Positions 18,064-27,416 of a stretch of DNA of 64,000 nucleotides are shown here, in pieces. How positions within the stretch are numbered: the first letter of the stretch is position 1; every line of letters starts with the position of its first letter. Position numbers and translations under genes: made by a program. Origin of the DNA: Oscillospiraceae bacterium (GTDB lineage: Bacteria; Bacillota; Clostridia; Oscillospirales; CAG-272); contig SVRM01000003.1 of the NCBI GenBank assembly GCA_015064785.1, positions 3,336 through 67,335 on the forward strand. Direction: 5' to 3'. The notes under the pieces are model-generated. The model was not told the origin of the DNA. It made no database searches and saw only the letters and a program-made list of their open reading frames with translations.

Positions 18064-19050
18064 TTACAGAAGTGCTTCGATCTCCGCCTTTTCCTCATCG
18101 GTAAAGGTCAGGTTGTCAAGCGTACCAAGGTTTTCCTTGATCTGCGCGGCTGAAGACGCACCGGTCAGAACGGTGGTAACAGCGGGATTGGACAGACACC
18201 ATGCCAGTGCCATCTGCGCAAGCGACTGGCCGCGGCGACGTGCGATTTCGTTCAGCGCATTGAGACGGGCGACCTGACGCGGAACGTCATTGCGCAGCCA
18301 TTCGGTTCTCGACGCACGGGAGCCTTCGGGGATATTACCGTCCAGATACTTGTCCGTCAGAAGACCGGATTGCAGCGGGCAGAAGACGGCAAGACCGAAG
18401 CCTTCTTCCACCGCGAGCTTATCAAGACCGTCCGATTCGATCCAGCGGTTGAGCATCGAGTACGACGGCTGATTGACGACAAACGGCGTTTTCAGCTCAC
18501 GCAGGAGAGACAGCATTTCGGCGGTCTGCGCACGGTTGTAGTTGGAAATACCGACATACAGCGCACGTCCGGAGCGAACGATCTGGTCGAGTGCCATCGC
18601 GGTTTCCTCCATCGGCGTATCGGGGTCAGGTCTGTGGTGATAGAAAATGTCGACGTAGTCCAGCTGCATCCGCTTCAGGCTCTGGTCCAGACTGGAAATG
18701 AGATACTTGCGCGAGCCGCCGTCACATCCGTAAGGACCTGCCCACATGCCGTATCCGGCTTTCGTGGAAATGCAGAGCTCATCGCGGTACGGGCGCATGG
18801 AATTGGCCATGACGCGGCCGAAGTTTTCTTCCGCCGAGCCGCCGACGGGCTGACCGTAGTTGTTTGCAAGGTCAAAGTGGACGATGCCGCCGTCAAACGC
18901 GGTGTGAATCATCTCCTCGACGGTATACATCGGCGTCGTCACGCCAAAGTTCTGCCACAGCCCAAGGGAAATGGCAGGCAGCTTCAGACCGGAGCGTCCG
19001 AGGCGGTTATAGGGCATTTTGGAATAGCGGGCGGGATTTGCACGGTACAT
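18064..19050 (-). CDS. aldo/keto reductase (MgrA/Gpr-like)
   Basis: SGLKLPAISLGLWQNFG, FDLANNYG, ISTKAGY, DIFYHHRPD, YVGISNY, NQPSYS. Confidence 0.9.
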   Translation of the reverse strand: MYRANPARYSKMPYNRLGRSGLKLPAISLGLWQNFGVTTPMYTVEEMIHTAFDGGIVHFDLANNYGQPVGGSAEENFGRVMANSMRPYRDELCISTKAGYGMWAGPYGCDGGSRKYLISSLDQSLKRMQLDYVDIFYHHRPDPDTPMEETAMALDQIVRSGRALYVGISNYNRAQTAEMLSLLRELKTPFVVNQPSYSMLNRWIESDGLDKLAVEEGFGLAVFCPLQSGLLTDKYLDGNIPEGSRASRTEWLRNDVPRQVARLNALNEIARRRGQSLAQMALAWCLSNPAVTTVLTGASSAAQIKENLGTLDNLTFTDEEKAEIEALL

Positions 19051-19258
19051 AAGTGAATTCTCCTTGTTCATTTTTCACCATTATAACACAGATGCCCCCC
19101 GATTGCAACCCCGGTGAGAAAACTTTTGAAATCAAAGGGTTTATTTTTCATCTGACGGGATTTTCTCGGCAAACCTCTTGATTTGTTCACCGATTTATGT
19201 TATACTTATTTTGTTATCATTGGGATTTTTATCTTCCGAAAAATAGGAGCGAAACATT

Positions 19259-20056
19259 ATGTCAAAATCAACTCCTGAAAATAAATTCATTCGTCTGACA
19301 AATGACATCCGTGATACCTTCCTCTGGGCAGGCAGTCAGATCCGCAAAAACAAAGATGTCATTCCGGCAGCAGACAAAGTCATCGCCGCGATTGACGAAA
19401 TCCGCGACGAAGTCCGTGTCGTCAAGGAACGCGACCCTGCGGCAACCTCCGATCTGGAGGTTCTGCTGCTCTACTCCGGTCTGCACGCAGTGCTGGCACA
19501 TAAGGTCTCGCACAGACTTTACAAAAAGGGACACTTCTTCACAGCACGCGCCGTCAGCCAGGCGGCACGGGCAATCACCGGCATTGAAATCCATCCCGGT
19601 GCAACCATCGGACGTGGATTTTTCATCGACCACGGTGCCGGTGTTGTCATCGGTGAGACGGCGGAGATCGGCGACAACTGTACCCTCTATCAGGGCGTAA
19701 CCCTCGGCGGTACCGGCAAGGATACCGGCAAACGTCACCCGACGCTCGGCAACGGCGTCATGGTCGGCGCGGGTGCAAAGGTGCTCGGTCCGTTCAAAAT
19801 CGGCGACAATGCCAAAATCGCGGCAGGTGCCGTTGTTCTCGAAGCGATCCCGGAGGACTGTACGGCGGTCGGTATTCCGGCGCGCGTCGTCAAATGCAAG
19901 AACAGTAAAATCAACTGCGAAGCAAACAAAAACCTCGACCATGTCCACATTCCCGACCCTGTGTCGCAGGAGCTGTGCAAGCTCCGCGAGCAGCTGCGCC
20001 GTCTGGAAGAGGAAATCGAGCGCATGAAAAACGAAGAATCTCAGAAAGGGGACTAA
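19259..20056 (+). CDS. cysE: serine O-acetyltransferase
   Basis: ERDPAA, TGIEIHPGATIG..FFIDHG, GKRHPT hexapeptide LbH; adjacent to cysS. Confidence 0.93.
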   Translation: MSKSTPENKFIRLTNDIRDTFLWAGSQIRKNKDVIPAADKVIAAIDEIRDEVRVVKERDPAATSDLEVLLLYSGLHAVLAHKVSHRLYKKGHFFTARAVSQAARAITGIEIHPGATIGRGFFIDHGAGVVIGETAEIGDNCTLYQGVTLGGTGKDTGKRHPTLGNGVMVGAGAKVLGPFKIGDNAKIAAGAVVLEAIPEDCTAVGIPARVVKCKNSKINCEANKNLDHVHIPDPVSQELCKLREQLRRLEEEIERMKNEESQKGD

Positions 20057-20062
20057 TCACCC

Positions 20063-21526
20063 ATGAAATTATACAACTCTCTGACACACACACGCGACGA
20101 ATTCGTCACACATGAGCCGGGCAAGGTCACGATGTACACCTGCGGTCCGACCGTATATCACTTTGCACACATCGGCAATCTCCGTTCCTATATCATGGAG
20201 GACGTGCTGGAAAAGTACCTGTCCTACGCGGGATACGATGTCAAGCGCGCAATGAACATCACCGACGTTGGTCACCTGTCCTCGGACGGCGATACCGGTG
20301 AGGACAAGATGCTCAAAGGCGCGAAGCGCGAGCATAAGACCGTCATGGAGATCGCGCAGTTCTACACCGATGCGTTCTTTGCAGACTGCGCAAAGCTCAA
20401 TATCAAAATTCCGGAAATCGTCGTTCCGGCAACGTCTTATGTCGATCACTTCATTGAAATGGTCGAAAAGCTCATCGCCGACGGTTATGCATATGAAGCA
20501 GGCGGCAACATCTACTTCGATACATCCAAGCTCGAGGAATATTACGTTTTCAACAAACAGAATCAGGAAGACCTGGCTGTCGGCGTCCGTGAGGGCGTTG
20601 AAGAAGACGGCAATAAACGCAACAAGTGCGACTTCGTTCTGTGGTTCACCAAGTCCAAGTTCGACGATCAGGAGCTGAAATGGGATTCTCCGTGGGGCGT
20701 CGGCTATCCCGGCTGGCATATCGAATGCTCCGCAATCTCGCTGAACACCCTCGGCGAATACCTCGACCTGCACTGCGGCGGTATCGACAATGCATTCCCG
20801 CACCACACCAACGAAATCGCGCAGTCCGAGGCATATCTCGGTCACAAGTGGTGCTCGCAGTGGTTCCACGTCCTGCACCTCAATACAAACGACGGTAAGA
20901 TGTCCAAGTCCAAGGGCGAATTCCTGACCGTTTCCCTGCTGGAGGAAAAGGGCTACGATCCGCTCGTTTACCGTTTCTTCTGCTTGCAGTCGCATTACAG
21001 AAAGTCGCTCGTCTTCTCCTGGGAGGGTCTGGACAACGCGCGTGTTGCCTATGACAAGCTCATCGACCGCATTGCCGCCCTCGTCCCCGGCGGTGAGGTC
21101 AACGAAGCTGCCTGCGAGCGGCAGCTCGGAGCCTTTGCCGATGCCATGGACAACGACCTGAACACCGCCATGGCAATCACCGCACTTTACGATGTCCTCA
21201 AAGCGAAGATTTCCGATGCAGACAAGCTGTGGCTGATCGGACGCTTTGATACCGTCCTGTCTGTCGGTCTGATCGCGGCGGCTGATGCAAAGCGCGAAGC
21301 TCTTGCACGCGAAAAGGCAGCGGCGGAAGCCAAAGCAGCAGCGGAAAAAGCAGAAGCGATGAAAGATCCCTTCGTTGCGGAAATCTATGCCGCCATCGAC
21401 GAACGCGCAGCAGCCAAGAAGGCAAAGAACTTTGCCCGTGCCGATGAAATCCGTGCTGAGCTGCTTGCCAAGGGAGTCACGCTGATTGACACCCCACAGG
21501 GTACAACCTATAAAATCGGCGAATAA
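20063..21526 (+). CDS. cysS: cysteine--tRNA ligase
   Basis: CGPTVY, HIGN, PGWHIECS, FPHHTNE, KMSKS. Confidence 0.97.
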   Translation: MKLYNSLTHTRDEFVTHEPGKVTMYTCGPTVYHFAHIGNLRSYIMEDVLEKYLSYAGYDVKRAMNITDVGHLSSDGDTGEDKMLKGAKREHKTVMEIAQFYTDAFFADCAKLNIKIPEIVVPATSYVDHFIEMVEKLIADGYAYEAGGNIYFDTSKLEEYYVFNKQNQEDLAVGVREGVEEDGNKRNKCDFVLWFTKSKFDDQELKWDSPWGVGYPGWHIECSAISLNTLGEYLDLHCGGIDNAFPHHTNEIAQSEAYLGHKWCSQWFHVLHLNTNDGKMSKSKGEFLTVSLLEEKGYDPLVYRFFCLQSHYRKSLVFSWEGLDNARVAYDKLIDRIAALVPGGEVNEAACERQLGAFADAMDNDLNTAMAITALYDVLKAKISDADKLWLIGRFDTVLSVGLIAAADAKREALAREKAAAEAKAAAEKAEAMKDPFVAEIYAAIDERAAAKKAKNFARADEIRAELLAKGVTLIDTPQGTTYKIGE

Positions 21527-21604
21527 ATCGTACAGAATATTCTCATCCGGGAATGTATCTTGTGATACATTCCCGCGCTTTTTTCATCCGAGAACATCGG
21601 GGAA

Positions 21605-21634
21605 TTGACAAACAGCCCTGTGATATGGTATAAT
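21605..21634 (+). promoter_or_regulatory. sigma-A promoter of the CotH-like pair
   Basis: TTGACA-N18 with extended -10 TGgTATAAT. Confidence 0.65.
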
Positions 21635-21662
21635 GGAACAAAACGAGGAGAGGAGTACATAA

Positions 21663-23234
21663 ATGAAACCGCAATACCGCAGATGTCTGTATGCAGCCAT
21701 TGTGATTCTTCTCCTCTGTCTCTGTACATCATGCCATCAGACATCGCATTCATGCGCAGAAACCACGTCTGCGGAAGCCGTAACCGCGGCGGATGACGGT
21801 ACTGTCAAGCTCCAGTATCAGATTCATACCGCTGCCGGCGGACGGCTGGAGGGCTGGAAAACACAGACGGGACTTCCCGGAACTGACGCGCGCGTGCAGG
21901 TCACTGCCGTCCCGGACTTCGGATTTGTCTTTTCCGGATGGAGCGACGGCGTTACGGAACCGGTGCGCCGCGATAGATTCGGGGATACCGACAGGACAAT
22001 CACCGCCAATTTCTCCTTTGACCGCCGGGAGCTTCCGATTGTCTCCATCACCACCGCCACAGGGCACGACGTCACCTCAAAGGATACCTACGTCGGTGCC
22101 GCCGTTTCCATCTGCAATACCGGCGCCTCGGAATACGAAATGAGCGGGGTTTCCGCCGGAATCCGCGGTCGAGGCAATGCGACATGGACACACGAAAAGC
22201 TGTCCTACCGTATCCGTTTTGCAAAGAAGCAGCAGCCGCTCGGGCTTGGCAATGCACCCGACCGCACCTGGGTTCTGATGGCGAATCACTGTGACCAGAC
22301 GCTTCTGCGCAATGCACTCGCCATTGATCTGGCAAACCGTCTGGACGGCATCGTGTTCAACAGCTCCTGCAAACATGTGGAGCTGTATCTCAACGGCGAG
22401 TACCGCGGCGTTTATCTGCTGACCGAACAGATTCAGGTCGATGCAGCGCGTGTCGACATCGGTGCGGAGGAACCCGGCTACGATCCGATGGCAGAGGATG
22501 CGGGCTTCCTTGTGGAGCTGGACAGCTATTCCGAGCCGCCCTATGAATTCCGCGTCGGCGACAAACGGTATCAGGTCAAAAGTGAGGTTCAGACAGACGA
22601 ACAGTTCCGTTATATTCAGGATTACATTGCCGCAGCAGACAAAGCCGTGCAGGACGGTGATCGCGATGCACTTGCGGCACTGGTGGAGCTGGATTCCTTC
22701 ATCGACGGTTATCTATTGGAGGAATACTTCAAAAATATCGATGTCGGCTGGTCCTCGTTTTATATGTACAAAAAGCCGGGCGGGAAACTGATTCTCGGTC
22801 CGTTCTGGGATTTTGACCTTGCGGCCGGCAACGATCACCGCCTGGACAACGGTTCTGCCGAAGGACTGTACGCCGGCAGATACCGCCGCGGCTTTGACCA
22901 GTACCATCCGTGGTTCACCGCGCTGACAAGGCAGGCATGGTTCCGGAAAGCGGCAATTGCCCGCTGGGTGGAAATCCGTCCGCACATTGAGGCAAATCTT
23001 GCCTATCTTGACAGCATCACCGCATCCGCACCGCAGTCGTTTGCGCGAAACTTTGAGAAATGGGACATCTTCGGACAGCGCATCAATCAGGAGCCGGAGC
23101 ATATCATGGCTCTGGATTCATGGGAGGAACACACCGCAGCACTGCGCAAGTGGCTCCTCGCACGGGCTGCGTGGCTGGATGACTGCTTTGCATCCGACGC
23201 ATCATTTGAAGAAGCCATCCGCCAGAGACGGTAA
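21663..23234 (+). CDS. CotH kinase family lipoprotein
   Basis: signal peptide/lipobox; IRGRGNATW..K.SYRIRF, WVLMAN..D..LLRN, LYLNGEYRGVYLLTE, GPFWDFD. Confidence 0.88.
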   Translation: MKPQYRRCLYAAIVILLLCLCTSCHQTSHSCAETTSAEAVTAADDGTVKLQYQIHTAAGGRLEGWKTQTGLPGTDARVQVTAVPDFGFVFSGWSDGVTEPVRRDRFGDTDRTITANFSFDRRELPIVSITTATGHDVTSKDTYVGAAVSICNTGASEYEMSGVSAGIRGRGNATWTHEKLSYRIRFAKKQQPLGLGNAPDRTWVLMANHCDQTLLRNALAIDLANRLDGIVFNSSCKHVELYLNGEYRGVYLLTEQIQVDAARVDIGAEEPGYDPMAEDAGFLVELDSYSEPPYEFRVGDKRYQVKSEVQTDEQFRYIQDYIAAADKAVQDGDRDALAALVELDSFIDGYLLEEYFKNIDVGWSSFYMYKKPGGKLILGPFWDFDLAAGNDHRLDNGSAEGLYAGRYRRGFDQYHPWFTALTRQAWFRKAAIARWVEIRPHIEANLAYLDSITASAPQSFARNFEKWDIFGQRINQEPEHIMALDSWEEHTAALRKWLLARAAWLDDCFASDASFEEAIRQRR

Positions 23235-23279
23235 GCAATACCAATGTATCACATAACAAGAAAGAAGGAACAACCGATT

Positions 23280-24842
23280 ATGAAACTGGGACTGCGTATT
23301 CTGCGGCTGCTGTTTATCACGGCGCTGCTCTGTATCCTCTGCGCATGCTCCGCTGATACCCCGGTCGGTACGGAGCCTGCCCCAATACCGGAGGAAACCG
23401 CAATCACATACAAGGTCTGCCGTACCGGCGGCGGACGGCTCGAAGGCTGGACCTCCCAGCACGGTGCACCCGGCGCCCAGACAGCACAGCCGGTCACCGC
23501 GGTACCGAAATACGGCTATGTCTTTTCCGGCTGGAGCGACGGTGTACAGGAGGCAACCCGCACCGATCTGTTTGGGACAGCCGACAAAACCGTCACCGCA
23601 AACTTTTCCTATGACCGCAAAAATCTGCCCATCATCTCCATCACGACGGAAACCGGCAAGGATGTCACCTCCAAGGATACCTACATCGGCGCAACTGTTT
23701 CTGTCTGCAATACAGGCAATGTCGACTGGGAGCTTTCCGGTGCGGCGGCAGAAATCAAGGGGCGCGGCAACGGTACCTGGACCTACAACAAAAAATCCTA
23801 CCGTCTGCGCTTTGACCAGAAGCAGCAGCTGCTTGGCCTCGGCACGGCAGAAGACCGCACATGGATTCTGATGGCAAACCACGCCGACCGTTCCATGCTC
23901 CGCAATTATCTTGCCATCGACCTCATCAACCGCATTCCGGATATGGAATTCAACAACTCCGCACGGCATGTGGAGGTGTATCTCAACGGTGCGTACCACG
24001 GCGTCTATATGCTTGCCGAGCAGATTCAGGTCGATGCGCACCGCGTTGACATCGGACAGAATACGCTTGCCGATCCCGAAGCGGAGGACGCCGGATTCCT
24101 TGTGGAAATGGATGAATACGCCAACGAGGAAACCAATTACTTCTACGTGGAAGGCAAATCCTATCTGGTCAAGAACGATATCCTCAACGACGCACAGTTT
24201 GACTACATCAGAAACTATATCTCCGACGTGGATGCCGCCATCCGTGCCGGGGACCGTGATACGCTGGAGACACTCGTCGATCTTGACTCGTTTGTCAACG
24301 GCTATATCGTTGAGGAGCTGTTCAAGAATCTGGATGCCGGTTGGTCATCGTTCTATATGCACAAGAAGCCCGGCGAGAAAATGGTCTTCGGTCCGTTCTG
24401 GGACTTCGACCTTGCTGCCGGCAACAACAGCAGTCTGGACAACGGCGGGCATGAGGGCATATACGTCGGACGGGAGCTTGGCTTCTCCCAGCGTCATGTC
24501 TGGTATACGCAGATCACCAACCATGAATGGTTCCGTACCCTTGCCATTGCGCGCTGGAACGAGCTTCTGCCGTATATCGACGAAACCATCGCCCACGCCA
24601 AATCCTTCCTTGACATGCCGACCGACGCCTTTGACCGCAATTATGAGGTGTGGCCGATGTCGGAATACTTCTGGCACTTCACCGAGGAAATTTTCTCCTT
24701 CACCACATGGCACGAACATGTCGCCGATCTGTGCGACTGGCTTCAGGACCGCCGTGACTGGCTGTGCGATTATTTTGCGCAGGAGGACGCGCTCGTCTTT
24801 GAACCGTATGTTCCGCCCAGACGTCCGCACAGAGGACATTGA
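23280..24842 (+). CDS. CotH kinase family lipoprotein (tandem paralog)
   Basis: lipobox LCAC; same CotH motifs (IKGRGNGTW, GPFWDFD). Confidence 0.88.
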   Translation: MKLGLRILRLLFITALLCILCACSADTPVGTEPAPIPEETAITYKVCRTGGGRLEGWTSQHGAPGAQTAQPVTAVPKYGYVFSGWSDGVQEATRTDLFGTADKTVTANFSYDRKNLPIISITTETGKDVTSKDTYIGATVSVCNTGNVDWELSGAAAEIKGRGNGTWTYNKKSYRLRFDQKQQLLGLGTAEDRTWILMANHADRSMLRNYLAIDLINRIPDMEFNNSARHVEVYLNGAYHGVYMLAEQIQVDAHRVDIGQNTLADPEAEDAGFLVEMDEYANEETNYFYVEGKSYLVKNDILNDAQFDYIRNYISDVDAAIRAGDRDTLETLVDLDSFVNGYIVEELFKNLDAGWSSFYMHKKPGEKMVFGPFWDFDLAAGNNSSLDNGGHEGIYVGRELGFSQRHVWYTQITNHEWFRTLAIARWNELLPYIDETIAHAKSFLDMPTDAFDRNYEVWPMSEYFWHFTEEIFSFTTWHEHVADLCDWLQDRRDWLCDYFAQEDALVFEPYVPPRRPHRGH

Positions 24843-24857
24843 TCGATCACAAACAGT

Positions 24858-24904
24858 AAACCACCCCGAGCTGCGATCTGTTGTATCGCATCGGGGTGGT
24901 TTTT
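24858..24904. terminator. bidirectional terminator
   Basis: AAACCACCCCGA...TCGGGGTGGTTTT. Confidence 0.7.
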
Positions 24905-25153
24905 GAATCATTTGAGACGGTCTTTGCCGCAGTGCAGTCAGTTCCCGCACGACGTTCCGCAGACACTGACCCAGACACCACGGAAACGGCAGTCTCCGTC
25001 CATTCGGGATACGGGTATCTCACATGCACCGCATCTGTCAGGCGTTCTCGGCGGAGCAGGACACATCCGTCCTCTCCTACAGTATACCACAGAACAGCCG
25101 GGAAATCCACGAAAACCGTCCGACAAAGTTTGCATCCGAAGACAGTGTCCGCA

Positions 25154-26140
25154 TCACTTTGCCGCAGTCAGCGCCTCATAACGCGCTTTTGCCGCGCCGA
25201 GTGTTTCTGTACCCATCTGCTGGCGTTCGGCATAATTGGGCATCATCGGACGCCAGACGGTCTGCATAAAGCCTGCCAGACGGTCACCGCCGATGCGCGG
25301 AAGCGTATAATCGATCATACGCTCAAAATTACCCTTCCACGACCAGACACTGCCGGCAGGAATCTGCTCATAGCCGCCCTGCTCCAGCGCATCAAAGCCG
25401 CGCAGATAAACTTCATCCTCTGCTTCAAAGCCGCCGTAATACCAGTTGGACTGGAGCACGTCACGGGACATATTGCGCAGGAACTCTTCTTCATGATGCC
25501 AGATATAGTCCGACCAGATCCACGGTCTTGCGCCGCAGCGCATCGTCGTTCTGACAAGGAAGTTCAGATCGTGCCACCACTGCTCTGCCTGGCGGATGAT
25601 GACGAGATTATAAAGGCTCTGATGGCCGTAGGTTTCCTCATCCATACCGAGATGGAACAGTCTGGGATGACCGAACACCTCGCAGACCTCGGTAATCACA
25701 TCCTCACAGAAGCGGTAATACGGCGTGGTCGACACCATGCGTCCGTACTCACCCATCCATTCGTCGTGGCAGGCAGAGAAATTCAGCTTCGGAATCGCTT
25801 CAATGCCGAGCATCTTCAGATTGAAGATTTCCTCCTGTAAAATGTCCTTCGACCACGCACCCTTGCACGCAATCTCCGGATGGCTTTCATATTGCAGCCC
25901 CTCTCCGATGTCGAGAACGATCATATTGCAGCCAGCCGCCGCCAGATCCTTCGTCGTCTTGTGCCACAGATCGAGATCGAACCGCAGATGATCCTCGGCA
26001 CAGACCTGCGTCAGGTTCTGCGGAATACCGGGAACACCGCGCTTGTCTCTGACCGGGTCCGCCCACATATTATATCCGAGATGCGCCAGGAATGCCCAGT
26101 TGAATTTCGGATTTTCAAGAAAAACACTGTCGTTGTACAT
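25154..26140 (-). CDS. GH20-like TIM-barrel protein
   Basis: IPKLNFSACHD and LFHLGMDEE (HxGxDE), WIWSD motifs. Confidence 0.6.
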   Translation of the reverse strand: MYNDSVFLENPKFNWAFLAHLGYNMWADPVRDKRGVPGIPQNLTQVCAEDHLRFDLDLWHKTTKDLAAAGCNMIVLDIGEGLQYESHPEIACKGAWSKDILQEEIFNLKMLGIEAIPKLNFSACHDEWMGEYGRMVSTTPYYRFCEDVITEVCEVFGHPRLFHLGMDEETYGHQSLYNLVIIRQAEQWWHDLNFLVRTTMRCGARPWIWSDYIWHHEEEFLRNMSRDVLQSNWYYGGFEAEDEVYLRGFDALEQGGYEQIPAGSVWSWKGNFERMIDYTLPRIGGDRLAGFMQTVWRPMMPNYAERQQMGTETLGAAKARYEALTAAK

Positions 26141-26159
26141 TCCACTCTCCTCTGTCCGA

Positions 26160-26924
26160 TCAATCGCCGTAGTAAGCGCCGCCGATTTTTTGCAGCTTGA
26201 CAAGCAGTTCGGTATTCACAACCTCGCCCTCCTGCGTATCATCGGGCATAAAGTTGTTGCCGACGGGTGTTCTGCCCAGCAGCGTCTTGAACCAGACACA
26301 TGCCAGAAGGTAGCGTCCGTAAACAAGATGCATATGGAATCCGTCGCGGTACAGAGACTGCCCGCCTTTGGCAGGATCAAATTCCGGCAGCTGCTTTGCC
26401 GCGTGAATCGCCTCACCGGACGGAATGATTGTCAGATCGTTTTCCTTTGCCTTTTCACGGCAGGTCTTCTTCACGCGCTCGAACATGACATCGGGATCAC
26501 AGCCGTATTCCGGGAAAGCATAATGTGTCGAACCGATTTCATATTCCCATGTTTCCTGGAAATAGAGCTTTGCGTTCGGACACAGCGCACGGATTGCGGT
26601 CAGAAGGTTGGGCAGGTACGGCTCAAAGGTCTCGGGCTTGCCCGCATTCTGGGAAACCTGCTGAATGGTGATGATATCCCATTCGTCCTCCATGAGTCCC
26701 TGCGTCAGCGTGTATTCGTTTGCCGCCCAGACACCGTCCTTTTCCAGTGCGTAGTTCTTTTCATCGTTCTTGAAATAGTTCCAGTGCTGTTCCAGAGAGC
26801 AGCCGCCGATCTCCAGATTCCGGGTCATAATATCGACACCCGCCGCCTTTGCAAACCGGGTCAGATAGCGATGTGCATCCTGAGAGAAGCTGTTGCCGAT
26901 GGATAAAATTTTCAACATAGTCAT
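26160..26924 (-). CDS. DUF4886 / SGNH-like hydrolase
   Basis: ILSIGNSFSQDA, IGGCSLEQH, WDIITIQQVS, ETWEY, RDGFH. Confidence 0.75.
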   Translation of the reverse strand: MTMLKILSIGNSFSQDAHRYLTRFAKAAGVDIMTRNLEIGGCSLEQHWNYFKNDEKNYALEKDGVWAANEYTLTQGLMEDEWDIITIQQVSQNAGKPETFEPYLPNLLTAIRALCPNAKLYFQETWEYEIGSTHYAFPEYGCDPDVMFERVKKTCREKAKENDLTIIPSGEAIHAAKQLPEFDPAKGGQSLYRDGFHMHLVYGRYLLACVWFKTLLGRTPVGNNFMPDDTQEGEVVNTELLVKLQKIGGAYYGD

Positions 26925-27023
26925 AAGTTCCTTTCCGTAATATTCGGTATTGATTTAAGTATATCACACTTTCCCCGAAGTTGCAATAGCATTGTAAAAA
27001 TTTCAGATACAGGAAATTTCCTC

Positions 27024-27052
27024 TTGACAAATACCCCCGGGGGGTATATAAT
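27024..27052 (+). promoter_or_regulatory. sigma-A promoter containing CsoR operator
   Basis: TTGACA 27024-27029, TATAAT 27047-27052; spacer holds the palindrome ATACCCCC-g-GGGGGTAT, the C/G-tract CsoR box type. Confidence 0.88.
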
Positions 27053-27103
27053 AGTAACAGGCGGTACGATACCGCCGAAATCTGCAAAACAGGAGATTCA
27101 CCC

Positions 27104-27400
27104 ATGTCCGACACCTGCTGTCAAAAGAAAAAACATCGATCCGAGGAAGAAATCCGTGCGCTCTGCAACCGACTGAGCCGCATGGAAGGTCAGATCCGCG
27201 GCATCCGCACAATGGTTGAGGAGGATACCTACTGCACCGACATTCTGACCCAGGCCGCGGCAGTCTCTGCGGCGCTGAACGCCTTCAAGTCCGAGCTGCT
27301 CTCAAACCACATCCGCACCTGTGTCGCAGACGATCTGCGCGAAGGAAAAGACGAGGTTGTGGATGAGCTTCTCGATACGCTGAAAAAACTGATGAAATAA
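27104..27400 (+). CDS. csoR: copper-sensing repressor
   Basis: [23 protein letters not shown] (C-H-C ligands); operator upstream. Confidence 0.9.
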   Translation: MSDTCCQKKKHRSEEEIRALCNRLSRMEGQIRGIRTMVEEDTYCTDILTQAAAVSAALNAFKSELLSNHIRTCVADDLREGKDEVVDELLDTLKKLMK

Positions 27401-27416
27401 ACGTGAGGAATACCAG

